Positions 1 to 8,057 of a DNA stretch of 24,394 nucleotides are shown in pieces. Under the pieces are notes generated by a model. It did no database searches. It saw nothing but the letters and a program-made list of their open reading frames with translations, and had not been told where the DNA came from. The stretch is from a virus. Its lineage: Duplodnaviria; Caudoviricetes. Made by a program: the position numbers and the translations under genes. The stretch lies in IMG/VR virus record IMGVR_UViG_3300033150_000594, positions 1 to 24,394 of that record; one strand, given 5' to 3'. Position 1 is the stretch's first letter. Every line of letters starts with the position of its first letter.

Positions 1-60
<60 letters not shown>

Positions 61-369
61 TATATGTAGTGGAAATATAAAAAATTGCAGATAGAAAAAA
101 TTGCAAAAAAATAGGGTCTTTTTTATATAAATATATTAGACGCCGAATCAGTAAAAATCCCAAAATTGACTTTAGAAAAGATACACATTTCTATCTAACC
201 CTTATCCCATCTACCTTTCCAGGCTTTTTTTTCGGCGATTTTTGATCAAAAATGTGCGCCTTTTTTAAAACGATTTAGTGACCCTATAGATAATCAGCTA
301 AATAACGTGTGCAGTGCAAAACAAAAAGTGCCAGATTTAAGAATTTCTATTTAATGCTGGCTTTTTTGA

Positions 370-403
370 AGTGATAGATAATTATATTTAATTATCTATC
401 ACT
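370..403. repeat. Perfect 15-bp inverted repeat with 4-nt spacer (operator/origin-like)
   Basis: AGTGATAGATAATTA (370-384), tatt, TAATTATCTATCACT (389-403). Confidence 0.9.
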
Positions 404-490
404 CCTAAACTATAATTAGATATAATTAAATATCATTAGACGACCTAACTACCTGAAATCACTACGAAAGTTCATTTTCTTAAAAAAGAT

Positions 491-519
491 TTGACTTTCA
501 TCTAAGAAAAGTATATAAT
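491..519 (+). promoter_or_regulatory. Sigma70-type early promoter P1
   Basis: TTGACT (491-496), 17 nt, TATAAT (514-519); A/T-rich upstream; SD AGGAGG at 537-542 before ATG 551. Confidence 0.85.
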
Positions 520-550
520 GAATTAAACTGAAAAAAAGGAGGATAGAAAA

Positions 551-736
551 ATGTTTGAACGAAGGCACTACAGAAAAATAGCAGAAGTATTAAAAGCATG
601 TTATCCTGAAGATGGGGCTTCCCTGGAAGTAATTGTATGGAAAACAATCGTATTGAAATGTATCGAAATGTTTAAAAAAGACAATTTTAGATTTGATTCA
701 ATAAAATTCAAAAAGGCATGTGGCTATGAAGAATAA
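551..736 (+). CDS. Small early phage protein, unknown function
   Basis: 61 aa, strong SD; C-terminal DNFRFDSIKFKKACG resembles a DNxRFDxxxFxxAC pattern I recall from uncharacterised phage early proteins. Confidence 0.85.
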   Translation: MFERRHYRKIAEVLKACYPEDGASLEVIVWKTIVLKCIEMFKKDNFRFDSIKFKKACGYEE

Positions 737-1115
737 AATTCCTGCTTTTGATGAAAGAGCACCGCTCCAAGAACAATGGGATAGTTTGAATAAAATCTTG
801 TCAGAAGCGATGTTTAAAAAAACCAAACTTGAATTTCTAATTGAGCAGTATACTCAAAAAAAGAAACGGCTCCAGCTAAAAGTTTTAGAAAATTTTAAGC
901 AGAAGTTAAAAATGGATTTCATGGAAAAATATAAAGATAATATCAAAAACGGTAAGTTCTCAAAAGAAATGCTATTAGATTTCACTAAATTAGAAGAAGC
1001 GGAAAAACATGGATGCTATCACCTTAATGGAATTAAAGTTTGGAAAGATGACTGTGATACATGTAACAGAAGATGTAAAGTAAATGAAGGAAAAGAAAAA
1101 AATGTGCTTAGATGA
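720..1115 (+). CDS. Hypothetical protein (coiled coil, Cys-rich C-terminus)
   Basis: 131 aa ORF overlapping the previous gene; CDTCNRRC near the end; start may be 726. Confidence 0.75.
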   Translation: MAMKNKIPAFDERAPLQEQWDSLNKILSEAMFKKTKLEFLIEQYTQKKKRLQLKVLENFKQKLKMDFMEKYKDNIKNGKFSKEMLLDFTKLEEAEKHGCYHLNGIKVWKDDCDTCNRRCKVNEGKEKNVLR

Positions 1116-1536
1116 ATTAGCAGACTTTAGGATTACAAAAAAGTATGGCTATGCGGTTTTTATAAAAGGATGGTCCGGAGAACTTTGCCAATGCTCTTAC
1201 CACCTGAAACCAGATGGCTCGGGTCCAGCATACGTGCCGGTAATAGAGGAAGAATGGCAGACAGACCCGCATGACTATTTACTTTATACTTCAAAAGGCC
1301 CAAAGAGTCTTAGGCAAGGAGTCTTTTATCCACGTTTGCCTTATAAAGCAGGTTTCCATCTCTTTACAAATAAAAAAGATGCGGAATATTATAGAACAAT
1401 GCCTTCGATTGAAGTAATAAGAAAAGTATACTTTAAGGAAGTAGTGGCTCAAGGGAAACAAGATATTGGCTTATTCGGTATAAAGCGCATGGCAAATGTA
1501 ATCGTAGTAAGACAGCGTTATGTGCATAAAAATTAA
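1084..1536 (+). CDS. Hypothetical phage protein with YxxGFHxF motif
   Basis: 150 aa; YKAGFHLFTNKKDA; true start may be ATG 1102. Confidence 0.8.
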   Translation: MKEKKKMCLDELADFRITKKYGYAVFIKGWSGELCQCSYHLKPDGSGPAYVPVIEEEWQTDPHDYLLYTSKGPKSLRQGVFYPRLPYKAGFHLFTNKKDAEYYRTMPSIEVIRKVYFKEVVAQGKQDIGLFGIKRMANVIVVRQRYVHKN

Positions 1537-1537
1537 C

Positions 1538-1566
1538 TTGACTTTTACCTAAAAATAAAATATAAT
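1538..1566 (+). promoter_or_regulatory. Sigma70-type promoter P2 (probably gives a leaderless mRNA)
   Basis: TTGACT (1538-1543), 17 nt, TATAAT (1561-1566); ATG at 1572 only 5 nt later, no SD. Confidence 0.82.
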
Positions 1567-1571
1567 AAGCC

Positions 1572-2018
1572 ATGGAAAAATTAGATATAAAAAATAGGAA
1601 TTTTATCTGTAATTATATGAACCTCCATGATATTCAAGGCGCATTTGACTTTCCATCTATTAGGCCAATCCATAAATTTATCTACGAAAAGCTAATTCCT
1701 GAAGGATGGATTAAAAAGCAAGGTCAAAGATATTATAAAGCTACCGAAAAGTTGCTAAATTATGCCTTCCTTCCGGAAGAAATTAAGTTGACAGAAGAAC
1801 AGCGGAGATTTTTAAGTCTAAATACGAAATTCTTTCGTAAAGATTTAGTGGAACTGTTTGAAAATGAGCAGATCGTCAAGGCACTAATTAAGAAAGGATA
1901 TATATTATTAGAGCAATCCGGGGTCTATAGAAAATCTTCAAAGTTTGAAGAAGCCCTGATTGAAGGCGAGGATGTTTTTAGCCTTGCCGAAAAATCTAAA
2001 GGAAAGGAGGAAAGCTAA
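1572..2018 (+). CDS. Putative tandem winged helix-turn-helix DNA-binding protein
   Basis: 148 aa; two helix+wing repeats EKLIPEGWIKKQGQRYYKATEK and KALIKKGYILLEQSGVYRKSSK. Confidence 0.65.
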   Translation: MEKLDIKNRNFICNYMNLHDIQGAFDFPSIRPIHKFIYEKLIPEGWIKKQGQRYYKATEKLLNYAFLPEEIKLTEEQRRFLSLNTKFFRKDLVELFENEQIVKALIKKGYILLEQSGVYRKSSKFEEALIEGEDVFSLAEKSKGKEES

Positions 2019-2272
2019 TGGGCGAAGAAGTTGGAACAACCGTCAGTATAACCAGAGAGCAGGTCGAGCAGTATAAAGAGCTTCAGAAGATTATGACAAG
2101 TTTTCGAAAGTCCCTCGGGCCACGGAAAGAAGAGCTTTTTAACGCCGTGGTAGAAAACGTCGATATTACTGAAGTTCTTGAACTGGCGGAAGTCAGCGGC
2201 GGCAATAGCATTTCTGTCTCAGGCGAAGTCGAAGGACAGAAAGTAACAATAATGTTTAGATTCGGCAACTAA
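2018..2272 (+). CDS. Hypothetical protein
   Basis: 84 aa; SD AAGGAGG; TAATG stop/start overlap. Confidence 0.85.
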   Translation: MGEEVGTTVSITREQVEQYKELQKIMTSFRKSLGPRKEELFNAVVENVDITEVLELAEVSGGNSISVSGEVEGQKVTIMFRFGN

Positions 2273-2331
2273 TAGTTGGTTGCCGAAAAGAGGTGAGCTG
2301 GTTTTTATCCTCCTATTTTTCCAGCTCACCT
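2261..2331 (+). promoter_or_regulatory. Two tandem stem-loops; second has a pyrimidine-rich anti-SD loop
   Basis: TTCGGCAACTAA (2261-2272)/TTGGTTGCCGAA (2276-2287), 12 bp with one G-U; AGGTGAGCTGG (2291-2301)/CCAGCTCACCT (2321-2331), 11 bp perfect, loop TTTTTATCCTCCTATTTTT. Confidence 0.75.
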
Positions 2332-2345
2332 TAAAAGGAGTAAAA

Positions 2346-2408
2346 ATGGATACTTTACAATTTTTAGCTATTTTATTATGGGCTTTATATATAATTTTAC
2401 AATGTTGA
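2346..2408 (+). CDS. 20-aa hydrophobic peptide MDTLQFLAILLWALYIILQC (not in ORF track)
   Basis: SD AAGGAG 2335-2340, 5-nt spacer, ATG 2346, TGA 2406-2408; single TM-like helix. Confidence 0.55.
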   Translation: MDTLQFLAILLWALYIILQC

Positions 2409-2446
2409 AATGATGAGTCACTAATCAGGAAGGTAAAATATAAAGG

Positions 2447-4156
2447 ATGCCGCGCTACTGGAATATTAAACAAGGTAGGATTAAAGTATCAGGTGATCAG
2501 GTAAGATATTTAGATTACTATGAATATGAAGGTTATCTCTGGAAAGGGAAAGATCTATATATTCCACTAACTAAAGAAAATATAGATATTATCCTTTCTA
2601 AAAATCCGCCGGGAAAAAATGATAATTACCTTCCCGCCTTTGCTGAGGCATGTTTAAAGCAAATAGATAAAGAGAGAGTTAATAAAGGAAAATTAAAGGC
2701 ACTCAAAAGACTAACAATGGAGACAATAGTAAAACGTCCTCCATTGATTAATCATAAAAACCCTAAACCGTTCAGAAATCAAAAAATTGGTTTAGAATGG
2801 ATAAATAAATTTGATGGGCATGCTGCCCTTTGGGAAATGGGGACCGGCAAGACAAGAACAGGCATAGAAGGCTTTGTGCTCAAAAAATTAAAAGGTAGAG
2901 TAACAAAAGGTTTAGTAGTTTGTCCCGCTGGCCCGATGGTAGAAAAATGGGTAGATGAAATCCATAAATGGTCTGATTATGATGCTATTGCTCTTATTGG
3001 AACAAGACAGCAAAAAATTGAAAAATTAGGGATGGAATACGATTTTTATGTCATTAACTACGAATCGGTAAAAAGTCTTGAGGAAGAATTTTTAAAAGTA
3101 ATAAATGAAGATTGGTTGATTATCGCTGATGAGACAACTAAGATCAAAAATCCATTTTCTCAGCGAACCAAAGCGATGATAAAGATAGGAAGACTGACAG
3201 AACATAAAATAATATTAACCGGTACGCCAGTTACACAACATGCTTACGATCTGTTTAGCCAATGGCTATTTCTTGATAACGGGCAGACATTCGGTTTAAA
3301 TTATGAGAATTTTATCAGCAAATACTTTTGGACCCGAGGATTTAAAAAGATTGCAAAGTCTGGAGCTTTACAAGAAATAAGCAATCTTGTTTACCAAAAA
3401 GCTACACGGTTTAGGAAAGATGAATGTATTGATATTCCATCGAAAATGTACGATGTAAGAAAAGTTTCTTTAACTACATATATGAGACAAGTATATGATA
3501 AAATGGTTCAAGATTGTTTAACGGCAATGGAAAATGAAGTAGAAAAATCAGGCATAGTACGAGCGCCTATTATTTTGGTACAGTTGTTAAGATTAAGTCA
3601 AATAACATCGGGCTTTGTTGTAGATGAATTTGAAAGAATTGTAGACTTTGAAGAACAGCCAAAAATTGAGGCACTAAAAGAAATCTTTGAAGAAGCGAAT
3701 CTAAATAACGGCAACCATGACAATAAAATAGTATGTTGGGCCAGATTTCAGCATGATGTTGAAAAAATAACAAATCTCTGTAAAACAATGGGAATTAAAT
3801 CAGTAGAATTATATGGAGAAGTAGATAATAGAAATAGAAGTTATAATATTAGTTCTTTTCAAAATAATGCAGATACTAAGGTCTTAATTGGCACAGCGGG
3901 AACGGGTGGCTTTGGCATAGAATTAACTGCGGCAAATATTGTAGTATATTACAGCAATTCGTATAGCTTGGAACAACGGCTTCAGAGCGAAGATAGAACA
4001 CATCGGGCTGGGCAAACGAGGAAAGTAACTTATATTGACTTATTAGCGGATGGAACAGTAGATATCTCAATTTATAAAATACTAAGAGGAAAGAAAAAAG
4101 TTGCGGATATAATTACCAAGGATAACTTGTTACAAGCCAGTGAAGGAGTAATTTAG
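2447..4156 (+). CDS. SNF2-family (SF2) helicase/ATPase
   Basis: Walker A WEMGTGKT, Walker B IIADETTKIKN, LTGTP, GGFGIELTAA, motif VI QSEDRTHRAGQ. Confidence 0.93.
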   Translation: MPRYWNIKQGRIKVSGDQVRYLDYYEYEGYLWKGKDLYIPLTKENIDIILSKNPPGKNDNYLPAFAEACLKQIDKERVNKGKLKALKRLTMETIVKRPPLINHKNPKPFRNQKIGLEWINKFDGHAALWEMGTGKTRTGIEGFVLKKLKGRVTKGLVVCPAGPMVEKWVDEIHKWSDYDAIALIGTRQQKIEKLGMEYDFYVINYESVKSLEEEFLKVINEDWLIIADETTKIKNPFSQRTKAMIKIGRLTEHKIILTGTPVTQHAYDLFSQWLFLDNGQTFGLNYENFISKYFWTRGFKKIAKSGALQEISNLVYQKATRFRKDECIDIPSKMYDVRKVSLTTYMRQVYDKMVQDCLTAMENEVEKSGIVRAPIILVQLLRLSQITSGFVVDEFERIVDFEEQPKIEALKEIFEEANLNNGNHDNKIVCWARFQHDVEKITNLCKTMGIKSVELYGEVDNRNRSYNISSFQNNADTKVLIGTAGTGGFGIELTAANIVVYYSNSYSLEQRLQSEDRTHRAGQTRKVTYIDLLADGTVDISIYKILRGKKKVADIITKDNLLQASEGVI

Positions 4157-4368
4157 TGGAATATTATCCAAAAAATAGAAATCAGAGAAAAAGGCAGAAA
4201 GATATAGGAGAAATCTCTATCCAGAAATTAAAAGAAATGTCTGCTGAAGAAGTTCTTACAGAATATAATATGGTGATTTATAGTCCAGGAGATATAATTC
4301 AAATAAACAGAGGATTAGATTTAATTAGGCAGGTACTAAAAAAAAATTCTGAGAAATTTGGAGGATAA
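4156..4368 (+). CDS. Hypothetical protein
   Basis: 70 aa; GTG start overlapping helicase TAG; SD AAGGAG upstream. Confidence 0.75.
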   Translation: MEYYPKNRNQRKRQKDIGEISIQKLKEMSAEEVLTEYNMVIYSPGDIIQINRGLDLIRQVLKKNSEKFGG

Positions 4369-5250
4369 GTGAAACCAATAATCCTACATCAGCATGACCT
4401 TTCGGACTTTCTATTCTGTCGTAAAAAGTTTGATTTGCATTTCAACAAAAAAATAATTCCTAAAAAAATGTCAAGGGCTTTAAGTATTGGGGATATTTTT
4501 GCCAAATCGGTTTATCATTTACATAACGGCAGATCAATAGAAGAATGCTGGGCTTATATTGATAAACTTGAAAATGATATTAAATTAGAGCTTATAAGCC
4601 AAGAGGAAATAGATAACTTGGAGACGGATAGAGCAATTTTATTTGCTATGCTTGGCGGATACGAACAGCATTTCTTACATAAATTTCCTAACCTTAAAAT
4701 CCTTCCTGAATATACTACCAACATTCCAATCAATAAAAAGTTCAGATATGTATGCAGACTTGATGGTAGAATAATTAATGAAAAAAAGGAAAATCAAATC
4801 CTTGAAATAAAAACTACGACACAAATCCAAAAGGATTTGATTATAAAACTACCAGTGAATTTTCAAATTCTTTCATATTACTTTGCTTTAAAAAAATGGT
4901 TGCATAAACCTGTCTTTGGAGTGCTTTACAGACATATTAAAAAACCTTCCATTAGAATGCGACAAAAAGAAACACCTCAACAATTTCAGAAAAGAGTGGC
5001 ATTAGAATACGCAGAACAACCAGAGAAGTATTTTCATGAAGAATATGTTATTTTTGATAAAAATGTGTTAAGTGATTTTGGACAGGAGTTGTATCAGAAG
5101 TTTGCAGATCTGGAGGATTGCTATAAAACAAACCACTGGTATAAAAATGAAGTGAGTTGTAGTACGAAATTTGGAAATTGTCCTTATTTACAATATTGCA
5201 TAAACCCAACACAAGAAACATTAGATACATTTTATAAAATAGGAGAATAG
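4369..5250 (+). CDS. PD-(D/E)XK exonuclease, Cas4/AddB/RecB-like, probable Fe-S cluster
   Basis: N-terminal Cys (FLFCRKK), RLDG...ILEIKTT, QILSY, C-terminal CSTKFGNCPYLQYC; SD GGAGG. Confidence 0.88.
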   Translation: MKPIILHQHDLSDFLFCRKKFDLHFNKKIIPKKMSRALSIGDIFAKSVYHLHNGRSIEECWAYIDKLENDIKLELISQEEIDNLETDRAILFAMLGGYEQHFLHKFPNLKILPEYTTNIPINKKFRYVCRLDGRIINEKKENQILEIKTTTQIQKDLIIKLPVNFQILSYYFALKKWLHKPVFGVLYRHIKKPSIRMRQKETPQQFQKRVALEYAEQPEKYFHEEYVIFDKNVLSDFGQELYQKFADLEDCYKTNHWYKNEVSCSTKFGNCPYLQYCINPTQETLDTFYKIGE

Positions 5251-5252
5251 CG

Positions 5253-5576
5253 GTGGCTGTTAAGCGATGCAGGTATTGTAATGAGTTATTTGAATCAAAT
5301 CCAAGAGGCAGACCCCGGGCGTATTGTTATAAACCAGAATGTATAGAAGCGGAAGGTCGTAGAGCAGCAGCGGAAGCAAGGAAATTAACCGCTCGGTGGA
5401 AAAAATATAAACGTGAAAAGTCTGCTAATGAAAGAATTTGTAGCTGTTGTCATATCAACCCAGTAATGCCAGGCAACCATTTTTTATGCGAAGATTGTTT
5501 TAGAGATGCCAGTCAAATAATAGAAATAGATGAAGGATATAAAATAGATAGGTTTTATAAGAACAGCTATGCGTAA
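5253..5576 (+). CDS. Double zinc-finger hypothetical protein
   Basis: CRYC...YCYKPEC, a basic helix, then CSCC...CEDC; GTG start with SD AGGAG. Confidence 0.75.
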   Translation: MAVKRCRYCNELFESNPRGRPRAYCYKPECIEAEGRRAAAEARKLTARWKKYKREKSANERICSCCHINPVMPGNHFLCEDCFRDASQIIEIDEGYKIDRFYKNSYA

Positions 5577-5584
5577 AAGAAATT

Positions 5585-5800
5585 ATGTATCAAGGCCAAG
5601 TTAAAAGAGTTTATTTAGGTGATTGTATTTACTGCGGTTGTGCAATCTGGGAAGATGAAGAAGGGGAGATTATTTATACAGGCGAATCCTTATGTAACTG
5701 CACTCTTCCACTTATCAGAGAAGCAAGTCTATTAAAACAAGGATTGAAACTCACAGAGATGGAGAAGGTATGTAGAAAAGACAGCCCAAAGGGAAAATGA
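5585..5800 (+). CDS. Small Cys-motif hypothetical protein
   Basis: 71 aa; CIYCG...CNC; ATGA overlap with next gene. Confidence 0.65.
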   Translation: MYQGQVKRVYLGDCIYCGCAIWEDEEGEIIYTGESLCNCTLPLIREASLLKQGLKLTEMEKVCRKDSPKGK

Positions 5801-6033
5801 CAACAACAAAAATGACACCAGAAGAGTTAATGAACCATGCAAGAAAATGTTATGAGATGTCTCAACTTGCGATCTTTCTTAATAGCATAAATCCATCACT
5901 TGAGATGGCTAAAGCTATTCAATCATGGCGTAAGGCAGGGAAAAGGGCTGAATACAGGGCAGATTGTATTTGGGCGGGAGAGGGTGATCCTGCATTATAT
6001 AAGCAAAAACACAGAAAGCATGAAAGGAACTGA
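5797..6033 (+). CDS. Hypothetical protein
   Basis: 78 aa; coupled to neighbours. Confidence 0.7.
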   Translation: MTTTKMTPEELMNHARKCYEMSQLAIFLNSINPSLEMAKAIQSWRKAGKRAEYRADCIWAGEGDPALYKQKHRKHERN

Positions 6034-6034
6034 A

Positions 6035-6313
6035 ATGGCAAAGCAAAGATTAACTAGAGAAAATATTAAAGAAATGAAAACAATTCTCAAGCGAATGCAG
6101 GAAGAAAACCCTGACCTTGAATATTGGTTTCTTTTGCCAAGAGGGGAAACAAAATCCAACACAGTCAAGATAATTATAATCACAAAGGGAATTAAAGAAA
6201 AGCTGTATTCTTCTAAAGGAAAACTTGATCTGATATTCGATTTTGATGGCCATGTTTTGATAGATGGTGCTCTGGGAAGGCATTTAGCAAGGAAGTGGAA
6301 ATTGAGGATATAG
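6035..6313 (+). CDS. Hypothetical protein (start revised from 5900)
   Basis: In-frame ATG 6035 (MAKQRL) follows AAAGGAA and the previous stop at 6033. Confidence 0.72.
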   Translation: MAKQRLTRENIKEMKTILKRMQEENPDLEYWFLLPRGETKSNTVKIIIITKGIKEKLYSSKGKLDLIFDFDGHVLIDGALGRHLARKWKLRI

Positions 6314-6322
6314 GAGAAAAAT

Positions 6323-6619
6323 ATGGAACTCGGTACACAGATTAAATTTACAGATGGACGTATGGGCACAGTGATTTATAACAGTCTGATAGGTGTAGGG
6401 ATCAAGTGGGGATTACATAACCCTGATCCCACAGATTTTGAGGGTACGGATGGTAATACTGTTTCCAGTGGTGCGTCTGATAACTGGAAATGGGAGCCTG
6501 ATGCACTATTACGAAAACCCTGGGATGGATGTGAGAAGTATGGGTTTAGAAAAGAACAATGCATTGATCTTGATTATGAGATTATTCGGTATGGGAATAG
6601 CGATCAATGGAAAAGCTGA
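6323..6619 (+). CDS. Hypothetical protein
   Basis: 98 aa; SD AGGAG. Confidence 0.8.
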   Translation: MELGTQIKFTDGRMGTVIYNSLIGVGIKWGLHNPDPTDFEGTDGNTVSSGASDNWKWEPDALLRKPWDGCEKYGFRKEQCIDLDYEIIRYGNSDQWKS

Positions 6620-6800
6620 AAAGCAGCAAACAATAAACTCATTCAAAAAAAGAATTGAAGAGTTGATTGAAGAAAACCCTCGGCACCTGCCTCAGTGGAT
6701 ATATGCTGACTTAATAGGAGCAGCATATCTAATTGAGGAGTATTCTTATCAATTGGATTTCATTGCTCGACTGGAGAAGGCATTGTCGAGGAGGGTTTAG
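6591..6800 (+). CDS. Hypothetical protein (start uncertain)
   Basis: 3' part of ORF 6438-6800; in-frame ATG 6591 limits the overlap with the upstream gene. Confidence 0.55.
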   Translation: MGIAINGKAEKQQTINSFKKRIEELIEENPRHLPQWIYADLIGAAYLIEEYSYQLDFIARLEKALSRRV

Positions 6801-6802
6801 AT

Positions 6803-7009
6803 GTGAAAGGAAATAAAATGGATAAAGAAAAAGCGGAAAGGTTGGTAAACTCTCTAATAGACGCTGCCTACATTACAGGTTTGCATAGTGGTCTGAAAAC
6901 AGGACTATATTACCAAGACGATGGTTCGTGTGTGGAAGTTACAGAGAAGCGAGATGAACTCAGGAATGAGATAATTAGTTATTTGACAGGTGAGAGAGAA
7001 AATAAATGA
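6803..7009 (+). CDS. Hypothetical protein
   Basis: GTG 6803 after GAGGAGG, or ATG 6818 after AAAGGA; ATGA overlap downstream. Confidence 0.75.
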   Translation: MKGNKMDKEKAERLVNSLIDAAYITGLHSGLKTGLYYQDDGSCVEVTEKRDELRNEIISYLTGERENK

Positions 7010-7188
7010 AACAAAAGTATCCAGAAAGCTCTGTACAGATAGAATATATAAATCATGGCAATGCTTTTGGTACTGGTAACTGGTATACATTTTACTGTAG
7101 CAATTGCAAGACTCAAGTTTATGGTGATCAAAAGAAGTGTAATAAGTGTGGTGCAATATTACAACAATTTAACAAGGAGAATAAATGA
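7006..7188 (+). CDS. Zinc-ribbon protein
   Basis: 60 aa; CSNC...CNKCG. Confidence 0.78.
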   Translation: MKQKYPESSVQIEYINHGNAFGTGNWYTFYCSNCKTQVYGDQKKCNKCGAILQQFNKENK

Positions 7189-7204
7189 AGGAAAGGAGAA
7201 AACA

Positions 7205-7384
7205 ATGAGCGAGGTATGGAATGAAAGAGGAGAAGCAGTTTTACGAAGCGATGGTACAATCCATCATTCTTCCTCACCAGAGGGCAGGAGGATTCTAAGG
7301 CGTGTCTATGGACGTAACTTAGAGAATGTAGAATGCAACGGCTCTATCTATGATGAGGATGGTGGATTTTATCTTGAAGATTGA
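7205..7384 (+). CDS. Small acidic hypothetical protein (start revised from 7055)
   Basis: SD AAAGGAG then ATG 7205 (MSEVWNERG), 59 aa. Confidence 0.75.
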   Translation: MSEVWNERGEAVLRSDGTIHHSSSPEGRRILRRVYGRNLENVECNGSIYDEDGGFYLED

Positions 7385-7397
7385 CAGGTGAAGAAGC

Positions 7398-7613
7398 ATG
7401 AAAATAACAGAAATATTAGAAATCATTACCATCTGGGTTATTCTGGTAGTCTGTGCCCTTTCAGTAGTTAACCTCAAACACCAGATGCGACAGATAGAAT
7501 GTAAACTAACAATCTTAGAGAGTAATTACCAGCACCTTTTACATAGGATAAATGCAATCGAATTCCCAGAAGTGCTTGGAAAGGGAGATCAAAAGGCAAG
7601 TAATGATGGCTAA
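7398..7613 (+). CDS. Small membrane-anchored coiled-coil protein
   Basis: N-terminal hydrophobic IITIWVILVVCALSVV, then heptads. Confidence 0.7.
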   Translation: MKITEILEIITIWVILVVCALSVVNLKHQMRQIECKLTILESNYQHLLHRINAIEFPEVLGKGDQKASNDG

Positions 7614-7848
7614 AGAAATTGACAGTTACAAACCATACAAAGGTTTCTACGACCTCCGAGAGTTCAAGCTACCTAAAAAGACCTTTGTTCGGTTGTGGAG
7701 ATTTCAGGATATTCTATTTCATATGACTGAAAACCATGAATATTATCAGAAGTGGCATCCCTTTCAGTGGGAAGCGGCGCAAGAGTTAAGCGCAAAATAT
7801 CAATCAATCCTTTTTGCAAAGAGAAAAGATGAAAGGAGATGTAAATGA
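7603..7848 (+). CDS. Hypothetical protein (start revised from 7552)
   Basis: In-frame ATG 7603/7606; ATGA overlap with next gene. Confidence 0.7.
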   Translation: MMAKEIDSYKPYKGFYDLREFKLPKKTFVRLWRFQDILFHMTENHEYYQKWHPFQWEAAQELSAKYQSILFAKRKDERRCK

Positions 7849-8045
7849 AAAACCCATCTGAAGTGGTTAAAGCAATATTAGCTATCGGCTATGAACCTAT
7901 TGAGCCTGACGCCGTTGGAGAAGGAGCACAAATAGTAGATGGACAATGGTACATGCCTAGATGGGGATGTGATACCTTGCAGCATGTTATTGAGATTATT
8001 GAGCAATTACCTATTGAAACTATTAAGCAATTAAGCGAAGAATAA
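7845..8045 (+). CDS. Small acidic hypothetical protein
   Basis: 66 aa; SD AAGGAG. Confidence 0.78.
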   Translation: MKNPSEVVKAILAIGYEPIEPDAVGEGAQIVDGQWYMPRWGCDTLQHVIEIIEQLPIETIKQLSEE

Positions 8046-8057
8046 GGAAACAAAATT

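Noticed and set aside
166-195. Third TTGACT promoter
   Set aside because: No acceptable -10 box at 16-18 nt spacing.
370-378. AGTGATAGA resembles half of tetO
   Set aside because: Arm orientation and spacing differ from tetO and there is no TetR gene; likely chance.
370-403. Protelomerase (hairpin telomere) site
   Set aside because: No protelomerase in the window, and the repeat is short with an unpaired centre.
2261-2331. Hairpins as intrinsic terminators
   Set aside because: Neither stem is directly followed by a U-tract on either strand.
3121-3150. Helicase Walker B DETT as a sign of inactivation
   Set aside because: The catalytic DE is intact; DExT variants are common in phage SNF2-like proteins.
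4369-5250. CRISPR-Cas system
   Set aside because: No repeat-spacer array or other cas genes seen.
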